NCBI GenBank assembly: GCA_945877765.1
Contig: CAMDWQ010000011.1
Location: 2,641-66,640 of the forward strand
Direction: 5' to 3'
Origin: Candidatus Omnitrophota bacterium
Lineage (GTDB): Bacteria; Omnitrophota; Gorgyraeia; 2-02-FULL-51-18
DNA: 64,000 nucleotides
Of this stretch, positions 16,420-29,800 are shown piece after piece. The notes beneath the pieces were generated by a model. That model was not told the DNA's origin, ran no database searches, and saw only the letters and a program-made list of their open reading frames with translations. The position numbers were made by a program, and so were the translations under genes. Every line of letters begins with the position of its first letter. Positions within the stretch are counted from its first letter, which is position 1.

Positions 16420-18242
16420 TAAGCGCTCAGGCGGCGAAGCTTCTCCATATAGATGGCAAGTGTTGAAATGTCACAAGGTGTGATACCGGAGATACGAGAC
16501 GCCTGCCCAAGGGATACTGGGCGAATCTTTTCAAATTTTTCCTGAGCTTCTCTACGTAGACCCATAACTTCTTTAAATACAATAGTTTCCGGCACTTTCT
16601 TTTCTTCATTATTGCGATAGCGACTCACCATACTCTCTTCTCTTTCGACATAGCCTGAGTATTTGACCTCGATCTCAATCTGTTCTTCGACTTCCCTATC
16701 CCCTATCTCTTCATTTAATAAGCCCATCACGTTCCTCAACTTCACTTCGGGACGACGGAGATATTGCTCCATAGAGACTTGCTGATAGCGCTTGGTTTTT
16801 AGCTTGTCTATCCATTCAATAATGCGGGCTTGTTTTTGATTAAATTTTAAAAACTGCTCTTTTGAAATAAGTCCAAACTCATACCCATAGCTCATCAATC
16901 TCTTATCGGCATTGTCTTGGCGCAAAAGTAAGCGATGCTCCGCGCGTGAGGTAAACATCCGATAAGGCTCCTCCGTGCCGTGAGTAACCAGATCATCAAT
17001 CAAAACTCCAATATAGGCCTCCGACCTCCCCAAAATAAACGGCGCCTGGCCCCTATTCTTTAAGCAAGCGTTGATCCCAGCCATGAGCCCCTGGCACGCC
17101 GCCTCTTCATATCCTGAGGTGCCATTAATCTGACCCGCCAGATAAAGATTTTCTACCTTTTTAGTTTCCAACGTTGGCTTTATTTGAGTGGGCGAACAAA
17201 AATCATACTCAATCGCGTAACCAAATCTCATAAGCTCTGCATTTTCAAGACCTTGCACACTTCTAATAAGTTGTATTTGAATATCCTGTGGAAAACTTGT
17301 TGAAAAACCATTAATGTAAACTTCATTCGTGAAGCGCCCTTCAGGCTCCAGAAATAGCTGATGGCGCAGTTTATCCACAAAACGAAACACTTTGTCTTCA
17401 ATGGACGGACAATAGCGCGGACCGCGGCTTTGGATTTTCCCCGAGTACATAGGGGAGAGGTTAATATTTTTTTTAATCAGGTCGTGAGTGTTTTCATTCG
17501 TGTAGGTGATATGACAAGGCAGTTGCTCTTGAGTGATTTTGTGCGTCTGAAAACTAAAAGGTGCGGGATCGGCATCCCCGTGCTGAGCTTCCAACTTTGA
17601 AAAATCAATCGAGCGCGCATTTAAGCGTGGGGGAGTGCCCGTTTTTAAACGCTTCACTTCCAGCCCTTGTTTTTCTAGACACGCGGAAAGTCCTACGGAA
17701 GGTTTATCACCGGCACGGCCGCCGCCAAAAGTGATTTCGCCGATATGAATCAATCCATTTAAAAAAGTACCTGTGGTGATGATCACGGCTTTTGCATAAT
17801 ACGCGGTGTTGATATTCGTGAGAACACCTTCGACAGAATTACCATTGATCAAAAGTTCTTTGACCTCACCCATCTTAAGATCGAGATTGGGTTGGCTTTC
17901 CAGCACGTGCTTCATCGTCATCGCATAAATTTTTTTGTCGCACTGACCGCGGGGAGCCCACACGGCGGGGCCTTTAGAACGATTGAGCATGCGAAATTGG
18001 ATGCCCGTACGATCCGTCACTTTTCCCATCTCACCACCCAGCGCGTCAATTTCACGCACGATGTGGCCCTTAGCAATGCCACCGATAGCGGGATTACAGG
18101 ACATCTGTGCCACCGAGTCGATATTCATCGTCAGCATCAGAGTGGACTGACCCATACGTGCCGCCGCCAGCGCTGCTTCGCAACCTGCGTGGCCGGCGCC
18201 GACAACAATCACATCATATTTTTTTTCAGAGGGGATAAGCAT
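16419..18242 (-). CDS. mnmG: tRNA uridine 5-carboxymethylaminomethyl modification enzyme MnmG (GidA)
   Basis: 607-aa ORF with FAD-binding VIVVGAGHAGCEAA and conserved MnmG core. Confidence 0.9.
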   Translation of the reverse strand: MLIPSEKKYDVIVVGAGHAGCEAALAAARMGQSTLMLTMNIDSVAQMSCNPAIGGIAKGHIVREIDALGGEMGKVTDRTGIQFRMLNRSKGPAVWAPRGQCDKKIYAMTMKHVLESQPNLDLKMGEVKELLINGNSVEGVLTNINTAYYAKAVIITTGTFLNGLIHIGEITFGGGRAGDKPSVGLSACLEKQGLEVKRLKTGTPPRLNARSIDFSKLEAQHGDADPAPFSFQTHKITQEQLPCHITYTNENTHDLIKKNINLSPMYSGKIQSRGPRYCPSIEDKVFRFVDKLRHQLFLEPEGRFTNEVYINGFSTSFPQDIQIQLIRSVQGLENAELMRFGYAIEYDFCSPTQIKPTLETKKVENLYLAGQINGTSGYEEAACQGLMAGINACLKNRGQAPFILGRSEAYIGVLIDDLVTHGTEEPYRMFTSRAEHRLLLRQDNADKRLMSYGYEFGLISKEQFLKFNQKQARIIEWIDKLKTKRYQQVSMEQYLRRPEVKLRNVMGLLNEEIGDREVEEQIEIEVKYSGYVEREESMVSRYRNNEEKKVPETIVFKEVMGLRREAQEKFEKIRPVSLGQASRISGITPCDISTLAIYMEKLRRLSA

Positions 18243-18256
18243 AAATTTTATGTTAC

Positions 18257-18327
18257 TGTCATCCCCGAATTTTTTAATCGGGGATCATACCTAGTTTGAT
18301 TCCCGATTAAAGCCTTCGGGAATGACA
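18257..18327. repeat. dyad-symmetric intergenic repeat (GTCATCCCCGAA family)
   Basis: tgtcatccccgaattttttaatcggggatcat...gattcccgattaaagccttcgggaatgaca between yidC and mnmG. Confidence 0.75.
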
Positions 18328-18336
18328 CAACTTAAA

Positions 18337-19947
18337 TTAAGTCGCGGTAGATTTTTTTAAATAGAGCTGATACGACGTCATAAAAATCGTATTGGTAAGC
18401 CAGTAAAGCACCAGCGCAGAGGGCATGGTGTAAAAAATAAATCCAAAAATTACCGGCATCATCACCATCATCATTTTTTGCTGTTGAGCGACCATAGGAT
18501 CCTGGCCTTCCATGCTCATCGTCGTCATGCGCTGCTGCAGGACCATGGCGGCAATCATGATGATGGGCAGCACGTGAATCTCATTGCCCAAGAAAGGAAG
18601 AGTAAAGGGCAGTGGGACCGCGTCCGGCGAAGAAAGATCATGAATCCATAGAAAATCCGCGCCAATCAATTTTACAAATTTTGAAATAGCCACGTAGAGC
18701 GCGATAAATACCGGCATCTGCAACAGCATCGGCAAGCATCCGCCAAATGGATTCACTTTATGCTTTTTATAAAATTCCATGGTTTCTTTGTTGAGACGCG
18801 TGGGGTTGTCTTTATACTGCTCGCGCAATTTAGCAATCTGCGGCTGTACGGCCTGCATGCGTTTCATGGAAAGAAGGCTTTGCCGGGTAAAAGGGAAGAG
18901 GCATAGATTGATTAGAAGTGTGAGCGCGATGATCGCCAGTCCATAATTTCTAAAAATTTTGTGGAGCATTTCAAGCGCTCCGATAAATATTTTTCCTATC
19001 AGATCCATCTTTCCAAAATTGACGATGTCCTCAAGGCCTAATGGCAGCAGCTCGCCTAAATCATTGGGGCCCATATACACTAAAAATTCGTGAGTGATGG
19101 ACTCGCCCGCGGCCAAGGACACTTTCGGGGAAACAAGCGCCGCAGAAAAATGATGATCGCCAAGACCCGTGACAACTCCGCTAAATGTATTGGCTTGTTT
19201 GGGTTTCACAATAATAGAAAAGTGCCGGTCCTTGATGGCAACCCACTCCAGAGATCCTTCGCTGTGGACTGTTTTGCCAAGCTTGGATTCGGTGACGTGC
19301 CGTAACTTAGCTCTGTTTTCAACCATGGAGAAAAAATTAGCCGCGATGTACTGCGCATCAATCGAATGCCGCGCGGGGATGCTCGAGCCGGCGAAAAGTT
19401 CATACTGAAGATCGATGGCTTTTTCAGAGGTATTTTTAAAAACAACCGAAAGATCCGCCGAATAACCCGAGCGGCGAAATGCATAATTTTTGGTGACCTG
19501 CACTTCATTACTAAGAACAGGGGACACTAAACTTACACTGTCCGCGCCCATAGAAATCTTAGCGGTCTGATCCTGCACAATCGCGCTGGGGGAGAGAATC
19601 TCAACTGAAAGAGGTGCACCGATAGAAGATTTGGCGGAAACAAGGCTCAAGGGGCCCTTATTTTCAATATCCATGTAATCGATAAACGAAACCTTACGGA
19701 CAACACCGCCCTTGGGATTAAACTCTAAGCGAAGTTTATCATTTTTAAAGAGCACATCATCCGTTTCGGAAATATTCTCGAAAGGTTTGGCACTGACAAC
19801 GGTTGTCTTATTCTCCGAGACGTTTTTGGAAACAATCGCGGCTTTTTGTTCTTGGCCGTACTCAGGATAAAATTTTTGCAACACCACCGGATAAAAACCA
19901 AGAATCAAGAAAGCGAACGCCAGCGCCAAAAGTACTTTTTTATCCAT
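18337..19947 (-). CDS. yidC: membrane protein insertase YidC
   Basis: 536-aa ORF with N-terminal TM helix, periplasmic domain and the conserved C-terminal 5-TM YidC/Oxa1 core. Confidence 0.9.
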   Translation of the reverse strand: MDKKVLLALAFAFLILGFYPVVLQKFYPEYGQEQKAAIVSKNVSENKTTVVSAKPFENISETDDVLFKNDKLRLEFNPKGGVVRKVSFIDYMDIENKGPLSLVSAKSSIGAPLSVEILSPSAIVQDQTAKISMGADSVSLVSPVLSNEVQVTKNYAFRRSGYSADLSVVFKNTSEKAIDLQYELFAGSSIPARHSIDAQYIAANFFSMVENRAKLRHVTESKLGKTVHSEGSLEWVAIKDRHFSIIVKPKQANTFSGVVTGLGDHHFSAALVSPKVSLAAGESITHEFLVYMGPNDLGELLPLGLEDIVNFGKMDLIGKIFIGALEMLHKIFRNYGLAIIALTLLINLCLFPFTRQSLLSMKRMQAVQPQIAKLREQYKDNPTRLNKETMEFYKKHKVNPFGGCLPMLLQMPVFIALYVAISKFVKLIGADFLWIHDLSSPDAVPLPFTLPFLGNEIHVLPIIMIAAMVLQQRMTTMSMEGQDPMVAQQQKMMMVMMPVIFGFIFYTMPSALVLYWLTNTIFMTSYQLYLKKSTAT

Positions 19948-19974
19948 GAGGTAAACTTTCTTTTTTTACTTAAA

Positions 19975-20036
19975 TGTCATCCTCGCGAAAGCGAGGATCA
20001 GCATTAGTTTAGATTCCCGCTTTCGCGGGAATGACA
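19975..20036. repeat. dyad-symmetric intergenic repeat, GCGAAAGC-loop variant
   Basis: tgtcatcctcgcgaaagcgaggatc...gattcccgctttcgcgggaatgaca between yidD and yidC. Confidence 0.75.
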
Positions 20037-20040
20037 ATCG

Positions 20041-20286
20041 TTATTTGGAAGCAACCGGGTCATAGCCGCCCTCTGAAAAAGGGTGGCACTTCAAAATCCT
20101 TTGCGTCACTAACCACAACGCTTTGAAAAAATTCTGCGTCTCAAACGCTTCTCTTGCATAAACCGAACACGTCGGATGAAATCGGCAAGCACGCCATCCC
20201 AACGCCCGAAAAAAACCAGAAACAATTCCCACCGCAAAAATCACGCTCTTCATTAAAATTAAATTAACTTGGCGTCCATATCTCAT
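20041..20286 (-). CDS. yidD: membrane protein insertion efficiency factor YidD
   Basis: 81-aa ORF with [14 protein letters not shown] (YidD/DUF37 signature). Confidence 0.85.
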   Translation of the reverse strand: MRYGRQVNLILMKSVIFAVGIVSGFFRALGWRACRFHPTCSVYAREAFETQNFFKALWLVTQRILKCHPFSEGGYDPVASK

Positions 20287-20530
20287 GCATCGCCTCTTTG
20301 GCCTGGGAAAGGCCGATTTCTCCCGGGTTTTTCATCACACGGAAGGTATAAACCTTCTCTTTTTTTAAACTAAACTCAAGCCGCAACGCTTCCTTAATCA
20401 GCCGTCGTAAGCGGTTACGCCTAGTAGCGAGCTTGACTACCTTTTTTGGCACGAGGATTTTTAGCGTTAGTACTTTGGACTCTCGAAGAGTTGCTGGCCG
20501 GCTGGAAACCGTCAGCGAAAGCCAACCCAA
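20264..20530 (-). CDS. rnpA: ribonuclease P protein component
   Basis: [14 protein letters not shown] (RnpA RNR motif); position between rpmH and yidD is conserved. Confidence 0.7.
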   Translation of the reverse strand: MGWLSLTVSSRPATLRESKVLTLKILVPKKVVKLATRRNRLRRLIKEALRLEFSLKKEKVYTFRVMKNPGEIGLSQAKEAMHEIWTPS

Positions 20531-20531
20531 G

Positions 20532-20670
20532 ACTAGGGGGTGAGGCGCTTTCTGCCCTTTTGACGACGTCTCTTAAGCACCTTGCGACCGTCAGCCGATC
20601 TCATCTTCTTTCGGAAACCGTGGGTTCTCTTGCGTTTTCTATTCGATTTATTCGTCAGTGTTTTTTTCAT
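20532..20670 (-). pseudogene. rpmH: 50S ribosomal protein L34, frameshifted in this sequence
   Basis: From ATG at 20670 the translation is [10 protein letters not shown] then a stop (TAG). Shifting -1 at gaatTag restores [35 protein letters not shown], a perfect L34. So + strand 20638-20642 carries one extra A (ctaAttcg). Confidence 0.6.
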
Positions 20671-21003
20671 GGCTTCCTGTTCCGTTTTAGTTATAAATTG
20701 AAAGAGGGATTATAGCATAGACCCGAGGTGGCACGTCAAGCAGGGAATCTCCCGCCGCCGGTAAGAACCCAACCCTTCAATCGTGGGCCCCTCCAGAACG
20801 CCACAATTTCGTTTGCTAATCCAAGACCCCGTTGCTATAATACCGACTTCATCATGGGCCCCCAATCTATCAATGGTAGCCTGTGCATAACTTGTTAATA
20901 ATTTAGCTTTATTTAATTTCTGATTTTATATTCGTTTTACATACATAAATATATGCATTAATTGATGTTATGACGTCTATTTAATCAGACTGAGAAACCT
21001 TTA

Positions 21004-21021
21004 AGGATAACGTGTGGATAA
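21004..21021. promoter_or_regulatory. DnaA boxes at the dnaA start
   Basis: aggataacgTGTGGATAA: two adjacent TTATCCACA-type boxes overlapping the GTG start of dnaA (autoregulation site). Confidence 0.55.
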
Positions 21022-22390
21022 GTTAAGCAATCAAGACCCCTTGGAATTGTGGTCCAAGGCCCTGGCAAGCCTCCAAAAAGAGTTTGATTCCCAGCTTTTC
21101 GACCGTTGGCTTAAGCCTATTAAAATCAGAGAGTTGGACGAAAACGAAGTCGTCCTGATTGTCCGCGATGACTTTTTTAAATCCTGGGTGATGGATCACT
21201 ACCAGGACAAAATCTATTCCGCCTTGAAAAATATACTCAACAACCCCGAGATATCCATCCGCTTCATTATAGAGACGGAGGCGATTGAAAAAAGCCAGCC
21301 GCTTGGCGACACGATGCCAGCCCCTCGGAGCATGGCCCAAAATTTTACCAGCACTCCATCCATGCCAATAGAAAATGTGCTCAACACCAAATACACTTTT
21401 GATAGCTTTGTCGTGGGACCGTCCAATCGCTTCGCCCATGCCGCCTCGATGGCCGTCGCCGAATCGCCCGCTAAATCTTACAATCCTCTATTTATTTATG
21501 GACCCGTCGGTCTAGGCAAGACTCATTTGATGCAAGCGATAGGGCAAGAAGTGCTCAGAAGAAATCCCTCGAGCAAAGTGTTGTATATCACCAGCGAAAA
21601 ATTCACCAATCAACTCATCAACGCGATCAAAACCGGCACGACCGTCAAGTTTAGAGAAAAATACCGCTCCGTCGACTGCCTCCTTATCGATGACATTCAC
21701 TTCATCGCGGGCAAAGAAGCAACCATGGAAGAATTTTTTCATACATTCAACACGCTTTATGATTCCCACAAGCAAATCGTCGTCTCCAGCGACAAACCCC
21801 CCAAAGATATCAATAATCTCGAGGAGAGACTGGTGTCGCGTTTTGAATGGGGCTTAGTGACCGATATCCAGCCTCCTGATTTTGAAACCCGCACCGCTAT
21901 TTTGAGAAAAAAAGCAGAGCGCGAAGGCCTCCACATTCCCGATTCCGTCACTTTTTTTATCGCGGACAAAATTAAATCCAATATTCGTGAACTCGAGGGC
22001 GCACTGATCCGCGTCGTCGCTTATTCTAAGCTGGTAGGAAAAGAAGTGGATGAAATTGTAGCGCAAGACGTGTTAAAAGATTTGATTGTGGAGAACCAAA
22101 AGAAAATCACGGTTGACCTTATTCAAAGGAAAGTGGCAGAATACTTCGAAATACGGCCATCGGATATGACGGCCAAGCGGCGATCCAAGAGTGTGGCTTA
22201 CCCGCGGCACGTGGCAATGTATTTATCCCGTGAAATGACGGGTTTTTCTTTTCCTGAATTAGGAGAACATTTTGGCGGGCGAGATCACACTACTATTTTA
22301 CATGCGTGTGATAAGATAAAAAAAGATATCAAAAAAGAGCCCAAGACCAAAACTTTAATCGATAAGCTAATTGTTGAAATAAAAAAATAA
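21014..22390 (+). CDS. dnaA: chromosomal replication initiator DnaA
   Basis: 458-aa ORF with GTG start, Walker A GPVGLGKTHL and domain IV DNA-binding region. Confidence 0.95.
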   Translation: MDKLSNQDPLELWSKALASLQKEFDSQLFDRWLKPIKIRELDENEVVLIVRDDFFKSWVMDHYQDKIYSALKNILNNPEISIRFIIETEAIEKSQPLGDTMPAPRSMAQNFTSTPSMPIENVLNTKYTFDSFVVGPSNRFAHAASMAVAESPAKSYNPLFIYGPVGLGKTHLMQAIGQEVLRRNPSSKVLYITSEKFTNQLINAIKTGTTVKFREKYRSVDCLLIDDIHFIAGKEATMEEFFHTFNTLYDSHKQIVVSSDKPPKDINNLEERLVSRFEWGLVTDIQPPDFETRTAILRKKAEREGLHIPDSVTFFIADKIKSNIRELEGALIRVVAYSKLVGKEVDEIVAQDVLKDLIVENQKKITVDLIQRKVAEYFEIRPSDMTAKRRSKSVAYPRHVAMYLSREMTGFSFPELGEHFGGRDHTTILHACDKIKKDIKKEPKTKTLIDKLIVEIKK

Positions 22391-22600
22391 TTTTACCTGT
22401 GATTAATTGTGGATAAGTTTACGCTTTTAAGTTTTAGTTCTACAGGTTGTTGATAACCATCTATTTATCCACAGGTTATAGTATTTGTAAGTCTTTTATT
22501 TTTAAGTGGTTATAAATTTTATGCTGAATTCACAAACTCTACTACTATTACTGTTTTAATTGAGAATGTTAAATAATATAAAGCTAGGGGTTTACTATTC
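22391..22600. promoter_or_regulatory. probable oriC (DnaA-box cluster plus AT-rich unwinding region) in the dnaA-dnaN spacer
   Basis: TGTGGATAA at 22408-22416, perfect TTATCCACA at 22465-22473 and weaker tgataacc. An AT-rich tract follows at 22490-22590. Confidence 0.55.
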
Positions 22601-23713
22601 ATGAAAATAAATACAATTAAGGAAGAATTATTAAAAGGAATTCAGACCGTACAAAATGCGGTAAGCAGTAAAAATACATTACCCATTCTTTCCCATGTTT
22701 TATTAGAAGCAAAGAAAGGCGGTATATTTCTCACCGCCACTGATCTTGAAATTGGGATATCGATGAAAGTAGGTGGTGAAGTCATCGAGGAAGGTGCGAT
22801 TACGATCCCAGCGCGTAAATTTAGTGAGATCATTAAAGAATTACCTTCTCAACAACCCATTTATATTTCAGTGAAGAAGACTCAATCTATTACAATCGAA
22901 TCAGGAAAAAGTTATTTTCGTTTAGTGGGTTTATCAAAAGATGATTTTCCTCAACTACCTGATTTACAATCCATTAATCCTAAAGAAATAGATATCGTTA
23001 AAATTCCGCAAAAAAATCTAAAAAACATGATTCAACTTACCGCCTTCGCGATGAGTCATGATGAAACGCGGTATGTATTGAATGGAATATTATTTAATTT
23101 TAAAGATAAAATATTAAAATTAGTTGCCACTGATGGGAGAAGGCTCGCGGTGATCGAAAATGAAATTTTAGTTTCAGGAAATTTTCGGCGAGACGTGATT
23201 CTCCCAATGAAAACCATTCAAGAATTAAGCCGCAACTTAACCGAAGAGGGAGAAGTAATTTTTTATTTCAAACAAAACCAACTCCAGATTAATGTCGGCG
23301 CTATTAATATCACTTCTCGTTTAATTGAAGGCGAATATCCCAATTACGATCAGGTAATTCCAAAAAAAATAAAAGAAGAATTAAAACTAGGTACTCAAGA
23401 TTTTCTCCAAGCCACAAGACGCGCGAGTATTTTAACCAATCAAGATTCACAGTCGATCAAGATCAATCTCATTAAAGACCGGATGATTATTACCAAGAAT
23501 ACTCCCGATTTAGGGGAAGTCCGTGAAGAGATTGAAGTAAATTATAAAGGTGGTGAATTAACGATTGGTTTTAATCCCGTCTTTTTAATTGATGTGTTAA
23601 AAAATATTGAGGATGAAAGTATTCACTTTGGATTTATTGATCCCGAAAAGCCGGCAGTGATCCGTTGTGGTGAAAATTATACGTATATTGTTCTGCCGAT
23701 GCAGGTCAGCTGA
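22601..23713 (+). CDS. dnaN: DNA polymerase III beta sliding clamp
   Basis: 370-aa ORF with three-domain clamp architecture (MKINTIKEELLKGIQTVQNAV...). Confidence 0.95.
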   Translation: MKINTIKEELLKGIQTVQNAVSSKNTLPILSHVLLEAKKGGIFLTATDLEIGISMKVGGEVIEEGAITIPARKFSEIIKELPSQQPIYISVKKTQSITIESGKSYFRLVGLSKDDFPQLPDLQSINPKEIDIVKIPQKNLKNMIQLTAFAMSHDETRYVLNGILFNFKDKILKLVATDGRRLAVIENEILVSGNFRRDVILPMKTIQELSRNLTEEGEVIFYFKQNQLQINVGAINITSRLIEGEYPNYDQVIPKKIKEELKLGTQDFLQATRRASILTNQDSQSIKINLIKDRMIITKNTPDLGEVREEIEVNYKGGELTIGFNPVFLIDVLKNIEDESIHFGFIDPEKPAVIRCGENYTYIVLPMQVS

Positions 23714-23725
23714 TGACACCCCTAA

Positions 23726-23850
23726 TGTCATCCCTAATGTCATCCCCGAAATTATTTATCGGGGATCATACTCGGTTTGATTCCCGATTAAAACCTTCGG
23801 GAATGACAGTGGACAGGTTTGATTCCCGATTAAACATTTCGGGAATGACA
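23726..23850. repeat. dyad-symmetric intergenic repeat, 1.5 tandem copies
   Basis: tgtcatccctaatgtcatccccgaaattatttatcggggatcat...gattcccgattaaaaccttcgggaatgacagtggacaggtttgattcccgattaaacatttcgggaatgaca. Confidence 0.75.
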
Positions 23851-23872
23851 TTATAATAATGACAGTGTAGAG

Positions 23873-26715
<2,843 letters not shown>

Positions 26716-26718
26716 CAC

Positions 26719-26789
26719 TGTCATCCCCGAAATCTTTAATCGGGGATCATGTATAGGTTTGATTCCCGATAAATACTTTCGGGAATGAC
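26719..26789. repeat. dyad-symmetric intergenic repeat (GTCATCCCCGAA family)
   Basis: tgtcatccccgaaatctttaatcggggatcat...gattcccgataaatactttcgggaatgaca between gyrB and gyrA. Confidence 0.75.
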
Positions 26790-26801
26790 AAATGGAGAAT
26801 T

Positions 26802-29800
26802 ATGGCCGAACAGCAGAAAAATTCTTATACAGCGAATGAAAAAATAAGATCCGTTTTCATCGAGCAGGAGATGAAGACGTCCTATCTAAATTATTCAATG
26901 AGTGTCATCGTCGGTCGCGCTCTGCCGGATGTCCGTGACGGTTTAAAGCCCGTGCATCGCCGCATTCTTTTCGCGATGAAAGAGCTGGGTCTCGACCACA
27001 GCCGCTCGTATAAAAAATCCGCTCGTATCGTCGGAGAAGTCCTCGGTAAATATCATCCGCATGGCGATACCGCCGTGTATGACACGATGGTGCGCATGGT
27101 CCAATATTTTTCACTGCGTTATCCGCTGGTTGACGGCCAAGGTAACTTTGGTTCAGTAGACGGCGACAGCGCGGCGGCGATGCGTTATTGCGTGACTGGG
27201 GATACGCTCGTGGTCACAGACAAGGGTCTTGTTCCTATTGCGGATATATCGCCCGACCAGTCTGAGGATATCTCGATCAAGATTCTTTCTCGTGATAAAA
27301 AAGTCAATAGCGCCGCCAAATGGTTTGACAGTGGAAAGCACCGGACGCTCAAGGTAACCACAAAAGGTGGCTATGAAATTAAAGCCACCACGAATCATCC
27401 TCTGCTTGTATGGGCGGGCGGAGAAGATGGCAGGCCCGGGTTTGAATGGAAACTATTAGGGAAGCTGAGCCCAGGGGATGTGGTCGTCATCGACCGAAGC
27501 GATGATCTTCTGTGGCCCCAAGAGTATGTGGACACAAAATCTTTTTGGCCGGAGGTTAAGTCTACCCGAATCGTTGAAAAAACACTGCCGGTGGTTTTAA
27601 ACGAAGATCTCGCTTCTCTTTTGGGCGCTCTTGTCGCCGAAGGCACGATCAAAGAAAACAAAATTGAATTTTGCAACAGCGATGAGGCGTGGCTCAACGA
27701 CTTTGATGAAGAGTGGCGGAGAACATTTCCCGATTGTCGTCTTCATTCATTTAAGAGAAAGCCAAGTTCGTACGGCAAAAAAAATTATTTCACCCGAGAG
27801 ATTCACTCCCGACATTGCGTTAAGTTTTTAAGGGCGATCGGATTAGAGCCTGTTCGTTCCAAGGATAAAACGGTACCGGATTTAATATTTCGTTCTCCGC
27901 GCCGTGTGGTGGCGGCATTTTTAAGGGCTTATTTTGAGGGTGACGGCGGTGTGACCTCCAGTGGGAAAAAGATGGTCGAGCTTTCTTGTGTGTCGGTAAG
28001 CGAAAAACTGATAAGTCAGATTCAGGTGATACTTCTAAGATTTGGCATTGTTTCCGCCAAAAGGTATGATTCCTACCGTAAAACTTACAAGCTTTACATA
28101 CGCGGGCTTGAAAACTATAGGGCGTTTCAAAAAGAAATAGGATTTATTTCCACGAGGAAAAATACCCTTTTAAATTCTGTGATCGAATCGTATCACAAAG
28201 TCTGCTCATCCACCGATTATGTGCCGTTTTTGAGTGATTTTGTGCGTTCCCATGCGGGGGACGATTCGACATGGAGCGCCAAAGAATTTGCGTTGAAGAA
28301 CAATTTTGACAGATACAACAATCTTTCCGAAAAAGGCGACCGTGTCATGTTGTCGGTGGCCGTTGAAGAGCGGACTCATGTACAAACACTTTTTGAAAAT
28401 CTGCTTAACTACCGCTATTATTTCGACCCCATTGCCAAAATTGAAGACAATGGAATCCAGACCGTTTATTCTCTGCGCGTAGACAGTGCTTGTCATTCAT
28501 TTGTCGCCAATGGATTTATAAATCACAATACCGAAGCACGCCTTGCCGGCATCACCGACGAAATCCTGCGCGATATCGATAAAGAGACCGTCAACTTTGC
28601 CCCCAATTTTGACGAGAGCTTGGAAGAGCCAACACTTCTTCCGGCAACACTGCCCAATCTTTTGTGTAATGGCTCCAGCGGTATCGCCGTCGGTATGGCG
28701 ACCAATATTCCTCCGCACAACTTGACCGAAGTTTGCGATGCCATTGCCGCGACCATTGAAAATCCTGAGATTCAGACCAAGGAATTGATGAAGTATATTA
28801 AAGGTCCCGATTTCCCGACGGGTGCTACGATTTGCGGCACCGAAGGAATCAAGTCGGCTTACGAGACAGGCCGCGGCATCATTAAGATTCGCGCCAAAGC
28901 AAGCATTGAAGAGATTCGCGGAAGCCGCGAAGCGATTGTTGTCACCGAGATCCCTTATCAGGTCAACAAATCCAATCTCATTGAAAATATCGCTGACTTA
29001 GTAAACAGCAAAAAAATTGAAGGTATTTCCGACGTGCGCGATGAGTCCGACAAGGACGGAATGCGCCTGGTTATTGATCTTAAGCGCGACGCTAATTCGC
29101 AAGTCATTTTGAATCAGCTTTACAAGCACACGCAGATGCAAAATACATTTGGTATTATTTTGCTGGCACTTGTTGACGGAAGCCCCCGCGTGTTGAAGCT
29201 TAAAGAAATCATCATCGAGTACATCAAGCACCGCAAGGTAATCATCACGCGCCGCACGATATTCGACCTGGCCAAAGCCAAAGACCGCGCGCACATCGTT
29301 GAAGGCTTGATGAAAGCCGTCGACATCCTCGACAAAATTATTAAAACCATCCGCGGGTCCAAGACCCCGGCCGAAGCCAAAGTCGCCTTGGTGGAAAAAT
29401 ATGAGTTTTCCGAGCGCCAAGCACAGGCCATTTTGGAAATGCAGCTGCAAAAGCTCACCGGCCTTGAAATTCACAAGCTTGAAGATGAGTTCAAAGAGCT
29501 TTTAAAGAAAATCGCTTATTTTGAATCGATCCTCAATTCTGAAAAGAAAGTCCTCGAGATCGTGAAGGAAGAGCTCGCGGATCTCAAGAAAAAATACGGC
29601 GACGACCGCCGCACGGACATCTCGCGTTCAATCGATCTAGACATGAACATGGAAGATTTGATTGCCGACGAAGATGTCGTCGTCACGATTAGCCACCAAA
29701 ATTACGTCAAGCGCCTGCCGGTTACCACTTACCGTAAGCAAAAACGCGGGGGAGTCGGCGTAGGCTCAGGCGGCATCGAAGAAGATTTTGTGGAGCATCT

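Noticed and set aside
20700-21010. tRNA or small RNA in the rpmH-dnaA spacer (gggcccccaatctatcaatggtag...)
   Set aside because: No acceptor or T-arm complementarity could be built. It is likely promoter or origin-flank DNA.
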